From IMG/VR virus record IMGVR_UViG_3300027022_000012, positions 1 through 54,755 of that record: a stretch of DNA of 54,755 bases; one strand, 5' to 3'. The notes beneath the pieces were generated by a model. The model had not been told where the DNA came from. It saw only the letters and a list, made by a program, of their open reading frames with translations, and ran no database searches. A program made the position numbers and the translations under genes. Shown here in pieces: positions 1 to 9,262 of this stretch (position 1 is the first letter of the stretch; every line of letters starts with the position of its first letter). This DNA is from a virus. Lineage: Duplodnaviria > Caudoviricetes.

Positions 1-148
1 GGAATTTGGCTGATCAGCTTCATGAGCTATGATCTGGGATATATCGACCTGGAGCAGAGAACATTACAGACAATCGACAACCCGTTCGGCACGAGGTTGT
101 AACCCATGTCTCCGGTACAAACCGTTATCTATGTCTCCGGGTCGGACA
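1..148 (+). mobile_element. 3' end of IS481-family insertion sequence (transposase C-terminus 1-102 plus right end)
   Basis: Frame 1 reads GIWLISFMSYDLGYIDLEQRTLQTIDNPFGTRL*, a typical IS481 transposase C-terminus; followed by two ATGTCTCCGG repeats and a terminal ACA at 146-148. Confidence 0.8.
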
Positions 149-158
149 TAATGGAAAA

Positions 159-173
159 TGGCGGTGAGGGTGG
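159..173 (-). repeat. Probable prophage att core: duplicate of tRNA-Ser 3' end (CCACCCTCACCGCCA)
   Basis: Reverse complement ends in GCCA and resembles Ser tRNA acceptor ends; P4-like integrase on the same strand at the opposite end; partner copy is not in the window. Confidence 0.7.
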
Positions 174-236
174 CGGTAAATTAGAAGTATATAAGTCACT
201 GTTTTAATTGACTATATAAATGTTTAAGCGCGAGAA

Positions 237-341
237 ATACCCGCTTTCATACCCGCAGAATTAATCGGAAATCCGCTCCTTGCCATCTTGATGGCGCGAC
301 ATAAATTAGAACAAAGTCAGAACAAAAAAAGGAGCGGGTAT
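237..341. promoter_or_regulatory. Probable integrase arm-type binding sites
   Basis: ATACCCGC direct repeats at 237-244 and 249-256, inverted copy at 334-341, next to att core and an AT-rich IHF-like tract (192-206). Confidence 0.55.
309..323 (+). promoter_or_regulatory. LexA (SOS) box, alphaproteobacterial type
   Basis: GAAC-AAAGTCA-GAAC = GAAC-N7-GAAC, just upstream of the SD and ATG at 340. Confidence 0.75.
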
Positions 342-609
342 GCCAAAGAGACGCGGTTACATCAACAAATCTGAGGTCTTGGAAAAGCTGCAGGCCGGCC
401 GCGCCGGAGCAGTCCAAGTCTGTACGCAGGCGAAAATCGGCTCCAAGGAATATCAGCTCGCCGGGCACGTGCGGCAAGCGATCGACGACCTCGCCGGCAA
501 GCTCACGGGCAACCCAGAGTTTTTTTGGACAAGACCGGCGACAACGCCGCCGCGGGATCAGGTTTCAAGACGTGGTCAGGAAAGATCAGATGTGGACGGA
601 AACCAGTAA
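340..609 (+). CDS. Hypothetical protein, probably SOS-inducible
   Basis: AAGGAG SD, 89 aa ORF, LexA box upstream. Confidence 0.65.
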   Translation: MPKRRGYINKSEVLEKLQAGRAGAVQVCTQAKIGSKEYQLAGHVRQAIDDLAGKLTGNPEFFWTRPATTPPRDQVSRRGQERSDVDGNQ

Positions 610-817
610 AGCTTATCTGGATACAAAAACCGGCGATCTCTTCCATGTGATGTGTGATGCCGTGCTGGCTGCAGACGAATCTCAAGTAGTTGTCGCAACC
701 AATGTCACCGATGGCGAGATCTGGGTCTTCCCCTCAACTGAATTTTACAGTGATCGTTTCGTTCCGGTTCAAAAGAGCAAACTCAGGGAGATGGTCGACA
801 AGATGCTGGAGTGGTGA
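590..817 (+). CDS. Small hypothetical protein, DUF1653-like
   Basis: YLDTKTGDLFHV...VVV...GEIWVFPSTEF...RF pattern resembles DUF1653; overlaps previous gene. Confidence 0.5.
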   Translation: MWTETSKAYLDTKTGDLFHVMCDAVLAADESQVVVATNVTDGEIWVFPSTEFYSDRFVPVQKSKLREMVDKMLEW

Positions 818-835
818 TCAACTTCAAACCTGAGC

Positions 836-1315
836 CTAAAATCCTCGGAGCGGTGAAGAGGATTTCAGATAGAGCGGATGCCTCGGCTGACCGGCCGCAG
901 TCAGGCCAAGGCACAGCAGATTGTCGCCGAACATCTGCCGGACTGCCTTATCCCGTCCCCGGAATGAGCCGTGGGCACCCCACGCCGCGATGATCGGACC
1001 CTTGCATTCCTCAAGCGCCATCTGGAGATACCCATCGTTCTCCGGTCCAACCGGGTCCTCTGCGGCCTTCATATCGCCTGGCAGTGTGGCGCGAAAGGCA
1101 AAGAGGTTGAGGACAGCGATGCCACCGCAGTGTTCCCTGCGCGCAAATGACATGCAGCGCCGTATCGTCGGGTCGTCGATATCCGCATCCGCGGTCGAAG
1201 GGTTGAGCATGATGAAGCAGCATTTCGTCTTCTGCTCCCACTCGCGAATGAGCAGATACCGGTATCGAAAGCATGGCGAGAAATAAGCCTTTCCGGTTGT
1301 TCTGGTGTCAATCAT
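836..1315 (-). CDS. DUF1643 domain protein
   Basis: YRYLL.REW, FIMLNPSTADADIDDPTIRRC, NLFAFRAT, AWG and PRHPLY motifs. Confidence 0.9.
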   Translation of the reverse strand: MIDTRTTGKAYFSPCFRYRYLLIREWEQKTKCCFIMLNPSTADADIDDPTIRRCMSFARREHCGGIAVLNLFAFRATLPGDMKAAEDPVGPENDGYLQMALEECKGPIIAAWGAHGSFRGRDKAVRQMFGDNLLCLGLTAAGQPRHPLYLKSSSPLRGF

Positions 1316-1526
1316 GAGAGGCGGCTCCCTTCACGCGAGGCAGACTGAGCAGGTATTCGTTGATCTCGTGCTCGTACCAGCGAACCGAACCACCCATATT
1401 GGCGGGTCGAGGGAAGGTGCCGGCGGCCATACGCCGGTAGATCGTCGACGAGCCGAGGCCGACGCGTTCTTGGACGTCCTTGAGCTTCAGCATGATGATC
1501 GGAGTCGATTCCGCGAGCGCGCTCAT
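1308..1526 (-). CDS. AlpA-family regulator / probable excisionase
   Basis: LKDVQERVGLGSSTIYRRMAAGTFPRP...VRW; near att. Confidence 0.88.
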   Translation of the reverse strand: MSALAESTPIIMLKLKDVQERVGLGSSTIYRRMAAGTFPRPANMGGSVRWYEHEINEYLLSLPRVKGAASHD

Positions 1527-1882
1527 TCGTAAACTGCCTCCACGATGTCATCCTCGTCGATCCGCGTGCACAGCTTGTCGTCGGACCTGGAGGGCTTCCA
1601 GAAAGACTCGGCTTGAAAACCTTTCGCCCCTGAGGCGTTCAAGATCCTGATGGCCCGTTTGCGACGTTCCCCCACCATGTAGGGCACGTCGTCGTAGACC
1701 AGCTCGAGCAGTTCGGTGATCAACTCACGCGTCAGCTTGAAGCCATTGCCGAGCCGGAAGGTGAACCGGTAGTCCGCCTCGCAAGCCTTCAGGACCTCGA
1801 TCTGATCGGAGGTGAGCATCTGACCGGCGATTGCCGCTCTGAGGGCTTCCAACTTGTGCAGGGGTAGCGGAGGCGTGCTCAC
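1523..1882 (-). CDS. Hypothetical phage protein
   Basis: Coupled start/stop overlaps with both neighbours. Confidence 0.6.
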   Translation of the reverse strand: MSTPPLPLHKLEALRAAIAGQMLTSDQIEVLKACEADYRFTFRLGNGFKLTRELITELLELVYDDVPYMVGERRKRAIRILNASGAKGFQAESFWKPSRSDDKLCTRIDEDDIVEAVYE

Positions 1883-2277
1883 CTGGCCGACCTCCTGGCC
1901 TTCTCGATGATCGCGCGCCCGGCCTCTAGGTCTCCGGAGACCTGATAAAGCTGGTGCGCAACCTCAAGCGGATCGATACCGGCGCGCTCCCAGAAGGCGC
2001 GTTCGTTCATGCTGTGCTGGAGATTGTGCTCCGCGGACGTCATGGGAATGGTCCACGCGTCGTCCGGGCGCCTCCGGGTGGGCGTCTTCCGCTTGCGATG
2101 CTTTGGGTCGCCATAGCGCACATGACAGGCCTCGCACGGCTGCTGCCCTGATATCAGGCTCGGAAGCTTCCGAATGAACGCCAGATGCGCCTCGTCTTCG
2201 ATCCTGGCCTGCCTCCTGTCCGTCGGATCCAGCGAGAAGGCCGAGTCTTTGTGCGGGTTGAAGAACTGGTAGGCCAT
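1879..2277 (-). CDS. DUF968-like His-Me-finger phage protein
   Basis: HLAFIRKLP...EACHVR...PDDAWTIPM...H..QH...E..FW. Confidence 0.65.
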   Translation of the reverse strand: MAYQFFNPHKDSAFSLDPTDRRQARIEDEAHLAFIRKLPSLISGQQPCEACHVRYGDPKHRKRKTPTRRRPDDAWTIPMTSAEHNLQHSMNERAFWERAGIDPLEVAHQLYQVSGDLEAGRAIIEKARRSAR

Positions 2278-2744
2278 CAGTTACCCCTCGGACCTTCAAG
2301 CTGAAGCACTGGCGCGCCGTGCTCCTGATAGGCTTGGTCGATTCTCGGTATCGCGTGCTCCGCGAACCGGGCACCGTCAGGCGTCATGATGTGCGCCAAG
2401 AAGGCCTCGTCGAAGGTCTCGATCCCAGCCTCAGTGCTTTCGAGCTTCGCCTTAATCGTCAGATACAGAGCGCGCCATTTCGACCGGCAGGCCTGCTCCC
2501 ATTGCGCATAGGCGGCCCTCTCCGTTCGCCTGCCCCTGCTGTGGAGCCAGAACGCCTTGTCGGACTTATCGGGGAGCGGCAGGATGAAGAGGATCTTTCG
2601 GTTCCTAAGCTCGAAGGCGATCTTGGCGCCGTTCCTGTCGGTGAAGGACATGAAGCTGTCCGCGCCTGCTTGGCCGACAATCTTCTCTATCTCCGCCTTG
2701 GTTCGCTCGATGGGCACAGATGTCTTTTCGGCGTAGGCCATCAC
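2277..2744 (-). CDS. Conserved hypothetical phage protein
   Basis: YAEKTSVP...WRALYLTIKAKLE...TFDEAFLAHI motif common in prophages. Confidence 0.7.
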   Translation of the reverse strand: MMAYAEKTSVPIERTKAEIEKIVGQAGADSFMSFTDRNGAKIAFELRNRKILFILPLPDKSDKAFWLHSRGRRTERAAYAQWEQACRSKWRALYLTIKAKLESTEAGIETFDEAFLAHIMTPDGARFAEHAIPRIDQAYQEHGAPVLQLEGPRGN

Positions 2745-3910
2745 GCAGCCTCCCTGAAGGCATTCGGGTAGCCGTCGTGGATCACGCCGTCGAGCATGCG
2801 GCCGGCGGCCTTCTTACCGACGCGAAATAGATCCGGCGGATCCATCCAGTCCGCTTCCGGGTCGGACATGTCGGTCTCACCGAAGCTCCATTTGTCAGCG
2901 AACCACGACGCGTTCTTTCGGATTCCAGTTTCGACATCGACGTTTTCGCCTGGCGCCCATGCTCCCCATTGCTTGAAGAGGAATGGCACGTCGGCCGCCG
3001 AGCACTGGTCGCGCAGGTCCCGCGCCCATTGTGGATGCATCGGCCGGGCCTCGCGGCCGCTTTCGCCGCCGCAGATAACCCAATCGAGTCCGGGAAGTTC
3101 TCCTGGAATTCGGGTGGACGTGCAGAAAGAACATTCGTCCGGCGACCGCGCGAGATACTGCCCCCGCGTGACCAGTCCGTTGAGAGCGTCTATCCAGGGC
3201 TTGCCCGTGGGATTGTATTTCCGGATATCCCTCAGATTGAGCGCCCCGAGCATCGGCTCGGCGGACACGAACCGCACGGCCGCGGGTGTTTCCAGAAGAT
3301 CCGGAACCCGCGCGTCCGCGTTTGCCTGATCCTCGATCGACACGCCAAGCCAGACGTTCGGCAGCGGCCAGGGCATGCCGTTCGGGTAAACACGGCGGTA
3401 GGGATGACGCTCGACGGCACCGGCTTCCCCGAGGCCCCCCATGGCGTTGTAGATACGCTCATACGGCCCGATCAGTTCGGCGCCGAGCCGGTGCGAGGCT
3501 TCCGTCAGATACGTCCGCAGACGCTCAGACCGCTTGGTGAGGATCTGGTAGGTGATGTGCGGCGTCAGCGCCATGACGGCGAACACCCGGTCGATCACGG
3601 CATCCGGCAGCTTTTCGTGGAACAGGTCGGACGTGGAATCGACGAACACCAGGCGCGGCCGCTTCCAGGCCAGCGGCGCCAAAAGCACATGATCCGGCGC
3701 GGCCACCACCTTGCCCGTCCAGCGCGGTTCGCGCGTGCCGTCTGGCCTTGTGACGAAGCGCGCCAGCCCTTCGCCCCAATTCCCCGGCCCGGAGAACCGC
3801 GCCGCCATTTCCTCGACATAGCAGTGCTTGCAGCCTTCCGAGACTCTGGAGCAACCCCGGACGGGATTCCAGTTGAACTCGGTCCATTCGATTTTGGTTT
3901 TCTGGGCCAT
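2741..3910 (-). CDS. Phage Gp37/Gp68 (DUF5131) protein, radical-SAM-like
   Basis: TKIEWT..WNPVRGCSRVSEGCKHCY, SDLFHE, QILTKR, NVWLGVSIEDQ, DWVICGGESG, FLFKQWG; start trimmed to ATG 3910. Confidence 0.9.
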   Translation of the reverse strand: MAQKTKIEWTEFNWNPVRGCSRVSEGCKHCYVEEMAARFSGPGNWGEGLARFVTRPDGTREPRWTGKVVAAPDHVLLAPLAWKRPRLVFVDSTSDLFHEKLPDAVIDRVFAVMALTPHITYQILTKRSERLRTYLTEASHRLGAELIGPYERIYNAMGGLGEAGAVERHPYRRVYPNGMPWPLPNVWLGVSIEDQANADARVPDLLETPAAVRFVSAEPMLGALNLRDIRKYNPTGKPWIDALNGLVTRGQYLARSPDECSFCTSTRIPGELPGLDWVICGGESGREARPMHPQWARDLRDQCSAADVPFLFKQWGAWAPGENVDVETGIRKNASWFADKWSFGETDMSDPEADWMDPPDLFRVGKKAAGRMLDGVIHDGYPNAFREAA

Positions 3911-4521
3911 CACGCTGCGTCCTTCAGTTTGATGTCGGAAATCGCCCCGCGGCGCGCCAGTTCCATGAAGATCTCCATGCAGGCCTTCGCGTCCTGGTAG
4001 GCGTTGTGGTGGTCGGCGATCGAGCGACCAAAGAGGTGCTGGTAGCCGTCTTCGAGCGAGGGCCATTTCTGGCCGCCGTCCTCGAACCTGGCGTCGACGA
4101 TGGGCGTCATGATCTCCTGCAGGTCGATCACGCGCAGACCGGGCCGGATCAGCTTGTGGTGGTCCCGGCCGAGCCGCAGGCACGTCGCCCGAAGGACGTC
4201 GATGTCGAACTTGATGTTCCACCCAACGACGATCTGGGCCGCCTCCAGGCACTCGTAGACGGTCACCAGCGCGCGCAGCTCCGGGATGCCTCGTCTCCCA
4301 GCCTCACGGTCGGAAATGCCGTGCACGCGCTCCGCTCCCCGTTTGGAGTAGGCTTCCGAGGCGACCAGCTTCTCCTCGCGGCCATAGACCTCGCCCAAGT
4401 CGTCGAACTGAACCATCCCGATCTGCTTCAGGCGCGGGAAGTCCTCGGCCTCGATGGTCTGGCCTGGCTTGATCAGGTCAGTGGTCTCGGTGTCGAAGGA
4501 CAGGAAGTCAGAGTAGATCAT
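3910..4521 (-). CDS. DEDDh 3'-5' exonuclease (DnaQ-like)
   Basis: FDTETT, VHGIS, GWNIKFD, HNAYQD motifs. Confidence 0.85.
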   Translation of the reverse strand: MIYSDFLSFDTETTDLIKPGQTIEAEDFPRLKQIGMVQFDDLGEVYGREEKLVASEAYSKRGAERVHGISDREAGRRGIPELRALVTVYECLEAAQIVVGWNIKFDIDVLRATCLRLGRDHHKLIRPGLRVIDLQEIMTPIVDARFEDGGQKWPSLEDGYQHLFGRSIADHHNAYQDAKACMEIFMELARRGAISDIKLKDAA

Positions 4522-4784
4522 GCACCGCTCCCGACATCGTCCAAGAACACCGACGGGTCGATGACGGGTGCCTGCGGATTGCGCATCCCCCATTCGTGGG
4601 GCGGCTTCATATCGTAGCAAGCGCGCCCTTTCTCGAAGCGCTTCTTGGTAGCGCCGAGCAACGTGAGGGAGAGGACCTGCTCGATCATCTCGCCGACCGT
4701 AAGGCCGCCGCCGCTAGACAGGCTGTCCTTCAAGACGTCGTAACCGGCGTTGTTGCCGTAACGGATGGTGATTTCCTGGATCAT
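4518..4784 (-). CDS. Hypothetical phage protein
   Basis: ATGA coupling at both ends. Confidence 0.5.
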   Translation of the reverse strand: MIQEITIRYGNNAGYDVLKDSLSSGGGLTVGEMIEQVLSLTLLGATKKRFEKGRACYDMKPPHEWGMRNPQAPVIDPSVFLDDVGSGA

Positions 4785-5449
4785 GCCGCGGCCCTCTCGA
4801 ACTGGTCTACGTTGCAGTGGTGGACCTCGAAGGTGATGGCGACCACCCACGGGTTCATGTCCCAGCCGAAGCTGCGCTTGTCGTTGAGGCTGTCCCAGAG
4901 TTGGTGAAATGCCCAAACGAAAGAGCGAAAGTCCGACAACTCCTCCGGTGCATTGTCGGCACCGATTGCGGACACTCCTTCCGCCTCAGCATCTCCCTCG
5001 CTGATCTCCTGCACCCTCTGCACCCGGACGTCGGTCACCTTCAGGGAGAGGCGGGAGGCCCAACGAGGCATGTGGATGCCTGGTTTCCAAGCACCTGGTT
5101 TCGACCGGTCCCAACCAGCGGAATAGACACAAGCCATATCGCGGTCGTTCGGGTCTTCTGTCTGAAAAACACCCTCCGAACCGCGGTAGGCAGTGACCGG
5201 CACGCGAGAGAAGTTCTCCCGCACATAGAGCAGATCTCCTGGAGCGTAGCGAACTGTCTGAATATTGCAGGTGTGCCCGCTCGCGCTGACGCTGTGCCAC
5301 TCGAAGGGATTTGTTTTCGGACAAGGACGATAGAACGGCCCGCCGACCGGGAACGGCTGCGGATTCAGCACCCGCCGCGTCTGCGTCTTCGTTCTCTCCA
5401 GAAGAGCGCGGACCATGGCGGGGGAAAAGAGAATAGGGCGGATGGTCAT
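4781..5449 (-). CDS. Conserved phage protein with ASCH/PUA-like N-terminus
   Basis: RPILFSPAMVRALL..TKTQTRR, GDLLYVRE, WKPGIHMPRWASR, NPWV. Confidence 0.8.
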   Translation of the reverse strand: MTIRPILFSPAMVRALLERTKTQTRRVLNPQPFPVGGPFYRPCPKTNPFEWHSVSASGHTCNIQTVRYAPGDLLYVRENFSRVPVTAYRGSEGVFQTEDPNDRDMACVYSAGWDRSKPGAWKPGIHMPRWASRLSLKVTDVRVQRVQEISEGDAEAEGVSAIGADNAPEELSDFRSFVWAFHQLWDSLNDKRSFGWDMNPWVVAITFEVHHCNVDQFERAAA

Positions 5450-6138
5450 AGGCCACGCTCCTTGAGGTGGTGCCGAACGGTGTGCATGACGTCGGCATCG
5501 AACCTCTGGCCCGACATCCACCGCAGATAGTCCGTCGGCAGGTCCGCGAACGCTGTTCCACGGTGCTTGCCGAACGACATCTTCTTGAGGAGAACCGGGG
5601 CGAGCGTAAGCCGCGCCAGTTCGTGCGGCGGCGCTATCATCAGGAGTCGACGCAGGATGAACGCGGTCACGTAGGTATCCGGCCCCGCGCGATGCGGCGG
5701 CATTGACAAATCCGGATTGAAGCCGTCGTCATTGTCCACGCCGAGCCAGTACCGGAGTGACTGGTTGGAATGGCTCGGGGCGTCCGGAAAAAGGTGCAGA
5801 GCGCATTTCAACGTGCAGATCCACGGAAGCTCCCCGCCACCCACAAACGCCTGCTCGAAGGCTATATTGTGAGCCGCGAACATATCGCCCGGGATCATGC
5901 CGTTCATAAGCGACATCGTCCCCTGCGTAGGGCTCACCGCGCCGGCCACGTCGGCGTCCGAGATATGATGGATGGCCCGCGTCTGAGGGGGGATGGGATG
6001 CCCAGGGTTGACGAGGAAACTGCCGTGGTTGAGCAGCTGGCCGGTCTCCGCGACGTCGGTCCAGCCGATTTCACAGATCGCCTTTACCTCATCTTCAGGC
6101 AGCCCCGTCGTTTCCAGATCGATTACACGGATCTTCAT
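5446..6138 (-). CDS. Exonuclease X-like DEDDh exonuclease
   Basis: IDLETTG, AIHHI, AHNIAFE, HRAGPD, C-terminal FGKHRG..YLRW. Confidence 0.85.
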   Translation of the reverse strand: MKIRVIDLETTGLPEDEVKAICEIGWTDVAETGQLLNHGSFLVNPGHPIPPQTRAIHHISDADVAGAVSPTQGTMSLMNGMIPGDMFAAHNIAFEQAFVGGGELPWICTLKCALHLFPDAPSHSNQSLRYWLGVDNDDGFNPDLSMPPHRAGPDTYVTAFILRRLLMIAPPHELARLTLAPVLLKKMSFGKHRGTAFADLPTDYLRWMSGQRFDADVMHTVRHHLKERGL

Positions 6139-7202
6139 TTCTTGCCTCCCGCAATCTCCTTGAGCCTCGCTGCACGGGCCCGGTTCGCCCGGCCCATCTC
6201 GTCCTCGCTCAGCGCATTGATCGCGCCGGCGTATTTGTCGGTGAGCGCGAAGACGTCCTCCTTGCTCTTGCAGACCCCCAAATCGTTGATGAAGGCTTCG
6301 ACCGGAGTTTCCGTCTCGACATCCGCGACTTCTTCGCTTTCGACATCGCCAGGGAAGAGATCTTCGTCCTGATCATCGTTCCCGAAATTGGTGGCGCCGG
6401 AGGCTTCTTCGGAGGGCAGACCGTCATCCTCCGGCGCATCGGCGTCCGCGGAGGTCTGCTCCGCTTCCTCGCCGAACTCGTCTTGATCCTGTGCCGCGGT
6501 GGCGGCCTCATGTTCGATTGTGTCCTTGGCCCGGTCGAACCCCTGATCCGGGGTTTCCTTACGCTCGCCCAAGCGTTTCAGAAGGTCGTCACCATGCTTG
6601 GGTGGCGTGATATCCTGAGCCGACATAGCGGCCATTTCCTCTTGGTCATAGATACCAAGGAGAACGTCCTGAAATATGCGTCGCGCGCCTGCCCGCAGCG
6701 AATAGTAGGACTGCTGCTGGTCAGGATCGCTCTTCCAAAGCGGAGAATTCTTCGGCTGGATCTGACCGAACGGCGGGCTCTCGTACTCCTTCACGTCACC
6801 ATCAATGAGCGTGTAGATCACCTTGCATTTGCGCTTGTCACCTTCGCCCGTGAAGGTGACATCCGGGCGCTTCTTGAGGGGCGCCCGGGCGAGCACGATT
6901 GCAGCAAGGACCTGAGACTCGTAAGCCAGATTGTCATTGACGAAATAGCTCTTCCTCGCCAAAGCGTAGGGGCTCATTTCGAACCGGATCGCATCATCCA
7001 AGATCCCGAGACATGCGCCGGGCTGCCCCCTGAGATGCTTCGGAACCGCCGAGCCGGAAGCAGCCATCATCTTGGCGTATTCCATGACCTCGCCGGCGTT
7101 GGCGAAGGACACGCCCCGGCCGCCAACGGCCATGGCTTTGGTGACGGATTTGTCGATTGCTGCCTCGACTCGAGCGAGAGCATTTCCAGCATTGGCGTTC
7201 AT
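6135..7202 (-). CDS. RecT-family single-strand annealing protein
   Basis: VPKHLRGQPGAC, MSPYALA, KNSPLWKSDPDQQ.SY, DVLLGIYD.EE. Confidence 0.85.
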   Translation of the reverse strand: MNANAGNALARVEAAIDKSVTKAMAVGGRGVSFANAGEVMEYAKMMAASGSAVPKHLRGQPGACLGILDDAIRFEMSPYALARKSYFVNDNLAYESQVLAAIVLARAPLKKRPDVTFTGEGDKRKCKVIYTLIDGDVKEYESPPFGQIQPKNSPLWKSDPDQQQSYYSLRAGARRIFQDVLLGIYDQEEMAAMSAQDITPPKHGDDLLKRLGERKETPDQGFDRAKDTIEHEAATAAQDQDEFGEEAEQTSADADAPEDDGLPSEEASGATNFGNDDQDEDLFPGDVESEEVADVETETPVEAFINDLGVCKSKEDVFALTDKYAGAINALSEDEMGRANRARAARLKEIAGGKK

Positions 7203-8225
7203 TTATGCAGCCTCCGGATAGGTTTGGATGGCAAGGTCTTGCTTGGCCTGCTCGATCTCTCGCTCGATGCCACGCATGACGTAAGGAGCGAATTGGAAGG
7301 TCTCGATTGCATCGGTGCTGTGCGGACCTGGCCAATACCCGCTATCCCAAGACCTCTTGAAGCGCCGTCTGGCCAGGATCATGCATTCGCGACCGTATTT
7401 GAGCGGAGATGGGTATTTGATCGTCTCTCCCGTCTCGGTGATGATCGAGACATCGTCCCAAGTCATGACGATCAGCCGGACACTGTAAGGCGGCTTCCCC
7501 TCGGCCATGACAAGCGTGAAGGTGCGCAGCGGTTCCCCGAAGAGGTTCCGGCAGCCCTCATCGACCATCGCCGCCTGCATGTCGTACCTGAAGTCCCTCA
7601 TGGACCGTTGAATCGCGGCGTCACTGACCGACGCGGTGATTTTCAGATCGGCAAAATCGAGATCGTTCGGGATCACGTCCGGTCGGGCGCGCTCAACGAT
7701 CCCGGTCTCCTTGTCGATCCAGAACATGGATTGTTCCACTGCACCGGAGAGGATGCCGCCCTGGATGGCTGGATGATCCTTCAAAGCGTCCCGGATGCCG
7801 TAAATGTGCCTGACGATTTCTCCGGTCAGGACAGTAAGGTCCTTGGAGGCACATTCGTTTTTCCACTGCTTGCAGTAGTCTGCGTTATTGTTCCACTTCT
7901 TCATTGAGAGGTCGGCGGCCGGATACTTTTCAGGCTGGATCACGAACTGGCTCGCGAACTTCGACTCCCCCAGAAGCAGGTGGTGACCGGCGCGGCCTTT
8001 AATGAGAGCTTCGCTTTGCGGCTTGGGGTCGAAGGGTTCTGGATTGTAAGGCGACCACCCCCAATAATGTGCCTCGGATTCCGTCCAGATCGTCCGATAT
8101 CCGGATGAAGACGCGCTCGGAACATCATCACCAGCAGGCTTGCCGTGATAGACGGACATCGGCATGTCGGAGACAACGCAAGGGCCGTCTATTACCATGC
8201 CTTCGTGCCATTTGATGGTCTTCAT
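7203..8225 (-). CDS. RecE/exonuclease VIII-like PD-(D/E)XK nuclease
   Basis: YH, SSS, G.A.H..LL, EQSMFWID..TG, RARPD, DLK, YDMQAA; adjacent to RecT. Confidence 0.85.
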   Translation of the reverse strand: MKTIKWHEGMVIDGPCVVSDMPMSVYHGKPAGDDVPSASSSGYRTIWTESEAHYWGWSPYNPEPFDPKPQSEALIKGRAGHHLLLGESKFASQFVIQPEKYPAADLSMKKWNNNADYCKQWKNECASKDLTVLTGEIVRHIYGIRDALKDHPAIQGGILSGAVEQSMFWIDKETGIVERARPDVIPNDLDFADLKITASVSDAAIQRSMRDFRYDMQAAMVDEGCRNLFGEPLRTFTLVMAEGKPPYSVRLIVMTWDDVSIITETGETIKYPSPLKYGRECMILARRRFKRSWDSGYWPGPHSTDAIETFQFAPYVMRGIEREIEQAKQDLAIQTYPEAA

Positions 8226-8236
8226 CGGTCAGCCTT

Positions 8237-9262
8237 TCAGTAGGAGATCGACACGTTAGGGATTGCGCCGGCAGCGATGGCCGCCACGATCTTCTGCGCC
8301 TGCGGTTCGCCCAGATCGCCAGCGTCCTGGATTGCCTGAACGGCAGACCGGTGGATCTTGTTGCGGTGACGCTTGTTCTCCGCACGGGACCGCTCTTCCT
8401 TCTCCTGCTTGCGGATGCCTTCCAGGCGCTCAAGCTCCTTGCGCTCCTGAGCGGCGATCAGGTCCTTGCGTTCCTGTTCGGCCTTCGCCTCGGCTTCTTC
8501 GCGCGCTGCCTCTGCGGCAGCGGCGGCCTGTTCTGCAGCCTCGCGCTTGCGGCGCTCTTCGGCCTCGGCCGCCGCATGCTTTTCGGCTTCTGCCTGTCGA
8601 GCAGCATCGAGTTCTTTCTGGGCCTTGGCTTCACGCTCCTCCTGTTCGGCCTGGAGCTTCCGGAGGCGTTCCAGCTCGGCGCGGGCCTCCTCGGTCTCCT
8701 TGGCCCGTTCCCATGCCGGACGGAGCTGGTTCAAGGCGAAATCTCTCTTGCCCTGGGCGTGAACGGAAAATTCCTGCAGAGCGGTCTCGGAAAGATCCAG
8801 ACCGTGGAGCCAGTCGATGCGCTGGCTGATGGCGTCGGAGGTATCCGCTTGGGAGACGTATGAAGCCTCGACGATCCGCTCGATCAGGGCCTTGTGGTCC
8901 GCGATCCGGGATTCCTCCTGCTGCTCCCAGTCGGTGAGCGGCTTGCGAATGGTGTCCCTGAGCGCGTCGAGCTCGGAGCGAACCTCCCGCCGGATCTCGT
9001 CAACAGCGTTGATCTTGTCGCGGAGCCCGGAGTTCAGTTCCTTGCCGGCATTGTCGATGCTGGTCTTCACCGCCACGACCGACCTGGCGCGGGAGGCGAC
9101 CGCCTTGCGGCCCTTGTCCGTGGATAGGTCGACCTTCTCGCCGTCGTGCCGTTGCTTCAACTTCGCGACCAGATCGGCCACGCTCAGCGACTTGTCCGAG
9201 AATATGGCGCTCGGGTTGCTTTCAATCGCCGTCAGAACGTCGATTTTCGGATCTGCATTCAC
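8237..9262 (-). CDS. Coiled-coil phage protein (DUF1351-like)
   Basis: DLST.KGRKAVAS.A, LDALRD.IRKPLTDWE, E/A/R-rich coil; typical neighbour of RecET. Confidence 0.7.
   Translation of the reverse strand: MNADPKIDVLTAIESNPSAIFSDKSLSVADLVAKLKQRHDGEKVDLSTDKGRKAVASRARSVVAVKTSIDNAGKELNSGLRDKINAVDEIRREVRSELDALRDTIRKPLTDWEQQEESRIADHKALIERIVEASYVSQADTSDAISQRIDWLHGLDLSETALQEFSVHAQGKRDFALNQLRPAWERAKETEEARAELERLRKLQAEQEEREAKAQKELDAARQAEAEKHAAAEAEERRKREAAEQAAAAAEAAREEAEAKAEQERKDLIAAQERKELERLEGIRKQEKEERSRAENKRHRNKIHRSAVQAIQDAGDLGEPQAQKIVAAIAAGAIPNVSISY

Noticed and set aside
8237-9262. TolA-like envelope protein
   Set aside because: The resemblance is only low-complexity E/A/K coiled coil; no TM anchor; sits in the recombination module
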